From Patescibacteria group bacterium (GTDB lineage Bacteria > Patescibacteriota > CPR2 > UBA1875 > CAIMLA01), in assembly GCA_041738615.1 (NCBI GenBank), contig JBGSPL010000001.1, positions 226,164 through 290,163 of the forward strand: 64,000 nt of DNA. Reading direction: 5' to 3'. Shown piece after piece: positions 28,384-36,358 of the stretch (within the stretch, counting starts at the first letter, position 1; every line of letters starts with the position of its first letter). The notes below the pieces were generated by a model that saw only the letters and a list, made by a program, of their open reading frames with translations, was not told the origin of the DNA and searched no databases. Position numbers and translations under genes: made by a program.

Positions 28384-30168
28384 CTAGATCTTTACATCGA
28401 TAGTTTGTTTTTGCTCTTCTACCGTAAAGGCGACAATAACGTCTTTGGGCAAAATCTCAACCTTACCGTCGATTCCAAGCCCACATTCGGTACCAATCTG
28501 GCAAAAAGGAACCTCGTCCTTGCCCTTGTGCACACTAGCCACCTTGATCTGAGCAATCTCTTCCTCGCCACGCATTACCTTCGCGTGAGCTCCTTTATCG
28601 ATCTTGCCCTCGGTTACTTTACCTCCAGCAATAGTTAGCTTCTTGGTAGTCGAGAATACCTGTAGCACCTCTAGCTTACCCTGGGTCATTTCCAGGCGAA
28701 TCGGTGGCAATAAATCTTCCAGTGCTTTCTTGATATCATCGAGGAGCTCGTAAATCACGCGATAGCTTGATATCTTTACACCCTCCGCCTTCGCAAACTG
28801 CTTTACCGAAGGTGAAGATTGTACGTTGAAGGCTATTACTAGCTTGCTTGCAGTAGATGCCATCATCACGTCACTCTCGGTGACCTCACCGACACCACCC
28901 GACACCACCTTGGCCTTCACACCGGCCGTACTGTATTTATCGAGTGCTGTCTCAATAGCATCTAGAGAGCCCTGAACGTCGGCTTTTACTACAATTGAAA
29001 GCTCCAAGACATCACTGGCTGCTATCGATGAAGTTATGGACTCGAGGTTTATTTTCTTCACATTTGAGTACTTTTTGGCGCCCTGAGCTTTTTTGTAATA
29101 CTCTGCTGCGTCCCTAGCTTCTTTTTCATCACAGAGAACTGTAAACGGCTCTGCAATCTGAGCTACGTCCTTGATACCCGCAATGCGGACTGGCATACCA
29201 GGGATAGCTTCTTTTTGCTTGCGAGCCTTGTAGTCTTCCATCGAGCGGATCTTGCCATAAGTCTCGCCTATCTGCACACAATCACCGGTTCGCAAAGTAC
29301 CGTTAATCACGAGTATCGTGGCCACGGGACCTCTGCCTTTATCAAGATGAGATTCGACTACAACACCGCTGGCTAGAGCCGAGAAATCTGCCTTGAGATC
29401 AAGTATTTCAGTGACTAGGATAATCATTTCCAGCAAGGCATCGATGCCAACCTTCGTTTTTGCTGAAACTTCAACACAAACCGTCTTGCCACCCCACGCC
29501 TCTGGGACATGTCCGATCTCAGCGAGTTGCTGATAGATGCGCTGGACATCAGCACCAGGTTTATCGACCTTATTGATTACCATAATCATTGGGGTATCGG
29601 CTTTCTTCGCGTGGTTAATCGCCTCTAGGGTCTGAGCCTTTAGGCCATCGTCAGCAGCAATTATAATCAGGGCGACATCAGTAATCTTGGCGCCGTGCGC
29701 ACGCATCTCTTCGAATGCTGAGTGACCAGGAGTGTCCAGAAAAGTAATGCGGGTATCGTTCTTTGTTACCTGATAGGCACCCATATGCTGAGTGATACCG
29801 CCGGCTTCGCCGCTGACGACATCAGTCTCTCGTATAGCGTCCAAAAGCGAGGTTTTGCCATGGTCAACATGACCCATTACGGCAACTATAGGAGCTCTTT
29901 TTTCTGTCCTCTTCGCAAGTTCTTCTGGAGAACATGAAGGAGACGTAGGGCTAGCGCCATTAGTTTTGTCTTCCTCCTCGGCGACAGTCTTCCCCATGTA
30001 TTCTGCAATAATGGCCGCTGTCTCGAAGTCGACATTCTCATTGATGGTCGCCATAATACCGTTTTTCATCAGCTCCGCTACAACAGAAGCCGCTGATACC
30101 TCTAGCTTCTTTGCTAGGTCTCCCACGGAGATAATCTTTGGTAGATGTATTACTATTTCTTCACTCAT
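28384..30168 (-). CDS. infB: Translation initiation factor IF-2 (short form)
   Basis: MGHVDHGKTSLLD, GGITQH, FLDTPGH, NKVD, KADVQGS. Confidence 0.98.
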   Translation of the reverse strand: MSEEIVIHLPKIISVGDLAKKLEVSAASVVAELMKNGIMATINENVDFETAAIIAEYMGKTVAEEEDKTNGASPTSPSCSPEELAKRTEKRAPIVAVMGHVDHGKTSLLDAIRETDVVSGEAGGITQHMGAYQVTKNDTRITFLDTPGHSAFEEMRAHGAKITDVALIIIAADDGLKAQTLEAINHAKKADTPMIMVINKVDKPGADVQRIYQQLAEIGHVPEAWGGKTVCVEVSAKTKVGIDALLEMIILVTEILDLKADFSALASGVVVESHLDKGRGPVATILVINGTLRTGDCVQIGETYGKIRSMEDYKARKQKEAIPGMPVRIAGIKDVAQIAEPFTVLCDEKEARDAAEYYKKAQGAKKYSNVKKINLESITSSIAASDVLELSIVVKADVQGSLDAIETALDKYSTAGVKAKVVSGGVGEVTESDVMMASTASKLVIAFNVQSSPSVKQFAKAEGVKISSYRVIYELLDDIKKALEDLLPPIRLEMTQGKLEVLQVFSTTKKLTIAGGKVTEGKIDKGAHAKVMRGEEEIAQIKVASVHKGKDEVPFCQIGTECGLGIDGKVEILPKDVIVAFTVEEQKQTIDVKI

Positions 30169-30273
30169 TTCGCCTTCTTTCTAATATCAAAGCCCCTCGC
30201 TTGTGGTTGGTACCGACGACAAGGGGCTTTCTCTGGATTCGTAAATCATGGACAAACGTGGGCTACATTTGTC

Positions 30274-31464
30274 CTAAGCCTCTGTTGTCTCAGCAGCGAC
30301 AGCTTCTTCAGTCTCTGCCTTTACTGCTTTTTTGGTGGATTTTTTCTCTGGCTTTACCTCTGACAAAGCAGCAACTGCTGATTTTTTGGCTGCCTTCAGT
30401 GACAAAGCTATCTTGTGAGTCGCCTTGTCTATGTTTAGGATTGTGAACTGATACTTCTTTGCAGCCTCTACAACATCGCTAGGTGTAGCAACGTGGCCAT
30501 CGCCAAGCTCTGAAATGTGGACTAGAGCCTCGATGTTGTCATGGATACGTACAAATGCACCAAATGGTGTAATGCGAGTGACCTCGCCCTCTACCTTGTC
30601 GCCAACCGAGAATCCCTTAGCAGCCTCAGCCCAAGGATCATCAGTAAGACGTTTGATAGACAGTGAGAAACGATCGTTTTCGATACCGATAATCTCGGCA
30701 TCGACTTTGTCGCCAACCTTATAGATTTTTCCTGGATCAGAGATACGCTCCCAAGAGATCTCAGAAATATGGACCAGGCCTTCAACGCCGTCTACATTAA
30801 CGAAAACTCCGAAGTCGACTACACCAGTAACTCGACCAGCAACCTTATCCCCGATAGCAAACTTGTCGAGCACCTTAGTGATCTCGCCCTTGTTAGCTGC
30901 CTTCTCAGAGAAGATGAGCTTGTTTTCACGTTCGTCAGCGTCTAGAACGATTACGTTCATTGGCTTCCCGATAAGCTCAGCGAGTCTTGCCTGGATCTCA
31001 TCCTTATCAGCAACGCGTGGATATTTCTCGGTCGAAAGCTGTGAGACTGGCAGGAATCCGCGGATTCCTTCTAGCTCTACTAGCAAACCACCCTTGTTGG
31101 CATCCATTGGAGAAACTTCTACCATCTCGCGGTCTTTTGCCATTCTGGCAAGTACAGACCAAGATTTCTCTTTGGAGGCACGTTTCATCGAAAGTACGGC
31201 ATAGCCGCCCTCAAACTCTGGCTCGACAACAGATGCCGAAACTAGTGAGCCCGGTTTCATGTCCTCTGTAATCAGACGACGATCGTTTAGCTCTGGACCA
31301 ACGATGAGGCCCGAACCGTATTGACCGAGGTCTACCCAGACACCATTACGGTTCGCAGATACTACAGTACCTTCGACAGTGTCATTCTTTTCTAGTGTTT
31401 TGAAAGCGTCTTCATGCTGAGCAAGAAGCTCTTCCATAGTCATTTTTGTCTCTTTGGACATCAT
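30274..31464 (-). CDS. rpsA: 30S ribosomal protein S1 (four S1 domains)
   Basis: RGFLPVSQ, FGVFV...EGLVHISE, FGAFV...ALVHISE. Confidence 0.92.
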   Translation of the reverse strand: MMSKETKMTMEELLAQHEDAFKTLEKNDTVEGTVVSANRNGVWVDLGQYGSGLIVGPELNDRRLITEDMKPGSLVSASVVEPEFEGGYAVLSMKRASKEKSWSVLARMAKDREMVEVSPMDANKGGLLVELEGIRGFLPVSQLSTEKYPRVADKDEIQARLAELIGKPMNVIVLDADERENKLIFSEKAANKGEITKVLDKFAIGDKVAGRVTGVVDFGVFVNVDGVEGLVHISEISWERISDPGKIYKVGDKVDAEIIGIENDRFSLSIKRLTDDPWAEAAKGFSVGDKVEGEVTRITPFGAFVRIHDNIEALVHISELGDGHVATPSDVVEAAKKYQFTILNIDKATHKIALSLKAAKKSAVAALSEVKPEKKSTKKAVKAETEEAVAAETTEA

Positions 31465-31574
31465 ATACTCCTAAGTGCGCAAAAATTTATCCACCCAAGA
31501 CCTTGTGTCCCAGACGGATAGGCGCGGCAGGCTTTCTACTCCTACCTTAGATGTAGTGTTATTATACTAAATTT

Positions 31575-32138
31575 TTAGCTTGCCGTAAAGGGTTTGTAGG
31601 CACCTTTTTGGGTATATTTTACAGATTTACGATATATCATAAAGCCTACTGCCACACATGCCAGTCCAAATGCGCCAAATACGTTTTCCTTCGGACCACT
31701 TGTAGATAGAGCGCCGTTTGCCTCTGTAGTGCCACTTGCAACGCTCTGTGGTGCTGTTACGGGAGCTGTAACCGCAACGACTACAGGCTCTATAAGAGAT
31801 CTTGTGATGGTAATCTTCTTGCTTTGGGTAGAGTACCATTTGGCGGTGGTAAGATCAACAGCCTGAACTCCTTGCTTCAATTTTACAGTGTATTTGAAGC
31901 TACCATCCTTCTCTGGCGTAACACGCTTACCCTCAATGCGCAATGTCGCCTTTGGATCAACCTTTCCGCTGATTTGGTAAGTATCTTTTGTCGTCGTGAT
32001 TTCGGTGGCACCATCGACCTCGAGCTTGGGAGGATTCTTTAGGTTCCCATTCATCAGCATTACACCAAAAATAGCGAGGGCGAAAAGCACCATCAGAATC
32101 AGCGGAGTCGCAATTTGTTGTAGAATAGTTTTCTTCAT
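31575..32138 (-). CDS. Ig-like surface protein with sorting-signal-like C-terminus
   Basis: N-terminal TM, ISGKVDP..DGSFKYTVKL..G Ig-like motif, LSTSGP plus hydrophobic stretch and basic tail. Confidence 0.6.
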   Translation of the reverse strand: MKKTILQQIATPLILMVLFALAIFGVMLMNGNLKNPPKLEVDGATEITTTKDTYQISGKVDPKATLRIEGKRVTPEKDGSFKYTVKLKQGVQAVDLTTAKWYSTQSKKITITRSLIEPVVVAVTAPVTAPQSVASGTTEANGALSTSGPKENVFGAFGLACVAVGFMIYRKSVKYTQKGAYKPFTAS

Positions 32139-32444
32139 TCTTTCCGCATTGTACCACCAAAGGTCAATTCTTTCAATTCTAGCTCGTACTCAAAAAGCGT
32201 ATCCCCGACAAGCAAAGAGATTGACCAGAGCTCCCCTTCCGCGACCTGCAAAATACAGCGAACGACGAACTGAAGGATTATCTCAAAAAGTAATGTTTGA
32301 ACTTAGTGAGTTTTACTTTTTGAGAAAGAGTGAGGGAGGAGCGACACTAGCGATTTTGCAAGGAGTCGGCAGTTTTGCACCGCTTTTGCTGCCAAAAGCG
32401 GTAAAAGTAATGCTACCCATCGATATCAATCGAAATGACAGGAA

Positions 32445-32725
32445 TAAAAAAAGACGCTAGCTCTGGTCAGGGGTACGTAACCCGTTGACGAGAAATCTGG
32501 CGTCCTTTATCCTGGCCACAAACTAGTTATGTCCAATAATCAAAAAGAGGGTCAACCATTCTTGGCTCAAGTATCGGGGAAGAAGCATGGGATCAATGTA
32601 ATTGATGTATCCCGCTTTTTGAGACGCGGTACGCGTCCTTCCTATGACCTTTTGGCGCAAGCTCAGTAAAGCCCTCCAACAATGTATAAGTTTTTAAGGT
32701 GTAAGCTACTTTCGTAACTTACAGA
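32445..32725 (-). ncRNA. Candidate structured non-coding RNA, unassigned
   Basis: TTGACA-17-TACAAT promoter at 32757-32729. GAAA hairpin plus boxA-like CACCTTAAAAACT. Several stems. Terminal hairpin with U7 tract. No credible ORF. Confidence 0.55.
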
Positions 32726-32843
32726 CATATTGTACTATGTGGGTTTGCTTTTGTCAAGTACTTTCTTCGCCACCTGTGGATAACTTATGAATACAGCCCA
32801 TTTCTGTGACTTTTGTACTTGTTTCTGCTATAATCTAGCAGTT

Positions 32844-34052
32844 ATGAAACCAGAACTGATACTCCCAGGAGGAGACCTAGAAAGAGTCAAGATTGCATTC
32901 ACCTATGGTGCCGATGCCGTGTATGTCGGCATCAATAAGCATTCTTTGCGTAAGGCGGAGGTTCGCTTCGACGTTGCAGAGGTGGGAGAAGCAATCAAGT
33001 ATGCCCACAGTATCGGCAAGAGGCTTTTCGTTACCTTCAATATCTTCGCACACAACCATCAGTTAGATGCGATTGCAAAAGACATGGAGGCAATCGCTGA
33101 CTTCAAACCCGATGCCTTCATCATGGCAGATCTTGGAGTAATCAATCTCGCGAAACAGGTAGCTCCCAATGTGCCGATTCATGTATCTACTCAGGCAAAT
33201 ACCGTCAATATCGAGGACGTAAAGTTTTGGCGAGACTTTGGTGCCAAGCGAGTAGTACTCGCACGTGAGCTAAGTCTTACCGAAATCAAAGAAATTCATG
33301 ACGCCGTACCAGATATCGAGCTCGAGGCCTTTGTTCATGGCTCTATGTGCATCAGCTACTCTGGACGTTGTCTCATGAGTAACTACATGACAGGTAGGGA
33401 TGCCAATAACGGCGAATGTGCTCAGCCATGCCGCTGGAACTACAACGTTTATCTAGAAGAAAAGAACAGGCCGGGAGAATACTTCCCTGCAGAAGAAACG
33501 GAAACCGGCACCAATATCATGAGCTCCAGAGACCTCTCTGCTATCGAGCTTTTGCCCGAAATTCTTGAGGCTGGTGTCTTGGGACTGAAGGTTGAGGGAC
33601 GTAATAAGAGCGAATATTACTTAGCTACCGTCGGCTACGCTTACCGACGCGCGCTAGACGCGATTGAACACAAGGATTATACAAACAAACTTAAACTTGA
33701 GTCTATAGAGGAGCTGCAAAAGGTCAATAACCGAGATTATACTACGGGTTTCTATCTCGGAGACGCCAAAGAGGGCGAGACCTATGAAGGCCGCGCCCCT
33801 ATCCGCAATTGGGATTACGTAGGACAGTTTATAGACAACAAAGGTACGGTAATTGTGAAAAACAAAATCTCTGCTGGGGATGAAGTCGAGATATTAACCC
33901 CAGAGAACAACCACCTCGAAAAGGTGGTCAGTATCACGGACCTTACCAGCAAAGAGCTTACTGAGGTTAACCCCGGCAAATCAGATCAGCAGGCGATCAT
34001 AGGGCTTTCCAAGGGATATCCGGCCAATACCTTTATCAGAAAACAAATATAA
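32844..34052 (+). CDS. Peptidase U32 family protein (TrhP-like tRNA hydroxylase)
   Basis: KPEL..P.G, YGADAVY, HVSTQAN, LAREL, HGSMCISYSGRC, CAQPCRW, KVEGR. Confidence 0.9.
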   Translation: MKPELILPGGDLERVKIAFTYGADAVYVGINKHSLRKAEVRFDVAEVGEAIKYAHSIGKRLFVTFNIFAHNHQLDAIAKDMEAIADFKPDAFIMADLGVINLAKQVAPNVPIHVSTQANTVNIEDVKFWRDFGAKRVVLARELSLTEIKEIHDAVPDIELEAFVHGSMCISYSGRCLMSNYMTGRDANNGECAQPCRWNYNVYLEEKNRPGEYFPAEETETGTNIMSSRDLSAIELLPEILEAGVLGLKVEGRNKSEYYLATVGYAYRRALDAIEHKDYTNKLKLESIEELQKVNNRDYTTGFYLGDAKEGETYEGRAPIRNWDYVGQFIDNKGTVIVKNKISAGDEVEILTPENNHLEKVVSITDLTSKELTEVNPGKSDQQAIIGLSKGYPANTFIRKQI

Positions 34053-34056
34053 TTAT

Positions 34057-34096
34057 GCAAAGAGGTTCATACCCAAACGGATATGAACCTCTTTTG
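34057..34096. terminator. Bidirectional terminator
   Basis: AAAGAGGTTCATA...TATGAACCTCTTT. Confidence 0.7.
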
Positions 34097-34101
34097 TTTC
34101 G

Positions 34102-35340
34102 CTAGTCTCCCCTCTTCCAGGCGCTTTGAACGACAACTGAAAGGGTGAGAACTGTCGCAGAAGCGAACCAAGCGACGGCGATGCCGTAGTTTTGGGAGAG
34201 TAGTCCGCCTACTACAAGGCTGATGACCACGCCGACTTCGGCAGCCATGGAAAGAATCGAGAGAATCGTTGCCCGCAGGCTTTCCTCCCCGTCTACCGAG
34301 ACTCCGTTTATCGCAGATTGCCTTCGCATGGTCATACTTTGGCCACTACAGCTATTACCCGCCTCGGCGACAAGCAGAGCTGCAAGAGCCCAGTAGTACT
34401 GCTGGGATAGCGCGAGAATAATCACAGCTACTGCCGTGACGTAGGTTCCCCAGAGGGTAATCTGTTCGTCGCTGTGCTTTCTCGCCATGCTCCTCGAGAG
34501 AAAAGCACCCACAAAGACCGATGCCTCGATGAGTAACCAAGCGAAGCTCAGTCCAGTCCACCCATTCCCACCGGCCAAGTTCTTTATGAACGGGCTCCAG
34601 TACATGAAGAGTGGCATCATGGCCATCCCAGCAAGAAACGAAAGCACCAGTTGCTTCCTAAGCTCCACGGATGAAGCTATCTGGGCAAGGGCCCGCCTCA
34701 TGGCAGGCAACACGAGCTTATGGCTTCCCTTCAGCGCTTTCTCTTGCTTATCGTTTCTAAGGAGCTTATAGGCAAACACCGACGAAATCACCACTCCCAT
34801 AGCCGAGGCAAACCACGGCAACGAAAGGTGGATGGCAGCGATGCCCGGTCCGATAGCTCCTCCGATGGCACCCGAAACCCTCACCACTCCCTCTTTCAGC
34901 AGTTGAGCATTTCGGTTTAGACCCAGAGTTTCGACAGTCGTCTGACCCTCGTCTTCTGCGTGCAATGCCACAGTTTCCCAGAGATGGGCGTCGGTACATC
35001 CCGACGCAAAGGTATAGGCGACAGCGAGGATGAACTCGGCTGCAGCAAAACCTATGAAACTATGTGCCAGCGCGTAGGTCAGAAACCCGACCACTTCTAG
35101 GGCGTTCGCCAACAGATACGACTTCTTGCGGCCGATGATGTCGGCGATAGCACCCGTCGGAGCCTCCAGGATGGGGATAGTCACGTGATAAACCAGGTTT
35201 ATCATCGCAATCTGAAAGAGATTCAGACCTCTGCTGAGCAGAAATACCGAGTAAACCGCAAACATGAACGAGTGCGACAACCGATTCGTTCCCAGCACCA
35301 GCAAGATACGAAAAACTTCTTTCTTCACTTTTTCCGACAT
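34102..35340 (-). CDS. MFS transporter
   Basis: EAPTGAIADIIGRKKS motif A, about 12 TM helices. Start reassigned to the ATG at 35340 (SD AAGGAG). Confidence 0.9.
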   Translation of the reverse strand: MSEKVKKEVFRILLVLGTNRLSHSFMFAVYSVFLLSRGLNLFQIAMINLVYHVTIPILEAPTGAIADIIGRKKSYLLANALEVVGFLTYALAHSFIGFAAAEFILAVAYTFASGCTDAHLWETVALHAEDEGQTTVETLGLNRNAQLLKEGVVRVSGAIGGAIGPGIAAIHLSLPWFASAMGVVISSVFAYKLLRNDKQEKALKGSHKLVLPAMRRALAQIASSVELRKQLVLSFLAGMAMMPLFMYWSPFIKNLAGGNGWTGLSFAWLLIEASVFVGAFLSRSMARKHSDEQITLWGTYVTAVAVIILALSQQYYWALAALLVAEAGNSCSGQSMTMRRQSAINGVSVDGEESLRATILSILSMAAEVGVVISLVVGGLLSQNYGIAVAWFASATVLTLSVVVQSAWKRGD

Positions 35341-35421
35341 TTCTGTCTCCTTTCTTGTGCCCACGCGATGGCAATGGGCGGTTATTAGGTACCAGATCAA
35401 CCAAGCTCCCTGTCCCACGTG

Positions 35422-35621
35422 AAACAAAAAACCTCGGCTGATCTAGCCGAGGTAAATAAGTGTACGTTTATACTAAAATATTAGTAGTTCGACTCCTTTC
35501 TTACCCAGGCTAGACCACGATCTGCGATGGCAGACACTGTAGCATAGTTGCCCATAGAGAATAGACCTGTGTTCTGAACACCAGTTTTCTTCGGGGACAA
35601 ATTGTGGGTAAGATTTCTCAT
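35422..35621 (-). promoter_or_regulatory. Putative leader-peptide transcription attenuator of the MFS gene
   Basis: 46-aa uORF at 35621-35481. Terminator ACCTCGGCT-AGATC-AGCCGAGGT-TTTTTGTTT. uORF segment GGTCTAGCCTGGGT is complementary to the 5' arm. Confidence 0.65.
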
Positions 35622-35689
35622 CTCACATTTTCCTTTATTATAGTGATTATTTTATCACATTTCGTATATATGTAAATAGCTTTCCATTT

Positions 35690-36316
35690 CTACTCTGTCT
35701 CTTCCGCTGTCACGGCTAGTCGCTTCCAATCAGTTCCTAACGGCCAACAGGTTAGAAGGGTTAGATATTTCCCATCTTGATGACTGTTTACATACGCCGT
35801 ATCGGAGGCCTCTATTTCACGACTTTCGACTACATTATACGTATACTTATTGTTGTTTCGGTAAATGATGATGGGGTCAGCGACATTAAGCCTGTTTATG
35901 GTAGCAAAGATATTTGAATAATACCCAGGTACGATGCTGGAGCTATGCGCAGTCAATACCACGTTACCAACCGTGCCTACCTCTGCAGTGCCAGGATAGT
36001 GGTTAATCGCCCTATCTAGATTCGCATTCATGTCATCGATGGTCGTTGGGTACTCTATCTTGCCCACAACATCCAAAGATGGTATTTCCAGGCGATTTGG
36101 TTCGTTCTTCCACTTACTATTATCAAATTGCTGGATGTTCTTTGATGGATTAAATCCCAGGTTTCTCTCTAGCCCATCGTAGTTTATCGCTACCCACAGA
36201 CCCACCAAAACAAGGGTGACCATAGCGAGACTCAGGATTAGGTTTATCCAGCTGAATCGATACTTTGCCAGTTTGAGCTTTCTAAGAAAGCGTATTTTGT
36301 ACCTGCTTATGTCCAT
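35690..36316 (-). CDS. Sortase
   Basis: HYPGTA..G..GNVVLTAHS, LTLLTCWP, RL.V.A. N-terminal TM. Confidence 0.92.
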   Translation of the reverse strand: MDISRYKIRFLRKLKLAKYRFSWINLILSLAMVTLVLVGLWVAINYDGLERNLGFNPSKNIQQFDNSKWKNEPNRLEIPSLDVVGKIEYPTTIDDMNANLDRAINHYPGTAEVGTVGNVVLTAHSSSIVPGYYSNIFATINRLNVADPIIIYRNNNKYTYNVVESREIEASDTAYVNSHQDGKYLTLLTCWPLGTDWKRLAVTAEETE

Positions 36317-36358
36317 GGAGCTATTATATCAAAATAGGCGCCAGTCGGCGCCTATTTA

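Noticed and set aside
31996-32460. 154-aa plus-strand ORF
   Set aside because: Overlaps a real gene in antisense and the palindromic element, with no SD or protein-like features.
32445-32725. Assignment as tmRNA, RNase P RNA or SRP RNA
   Set aside because: No tRNA-like ends, no GAGGAAAGTCC, and no SRP helix-8 motif seen. 6S was not excluded.
32775-32783. DnaA box as a sign of oriC
   Set aside because: A single box with no cluster and no dnaA/dnaN nearby.
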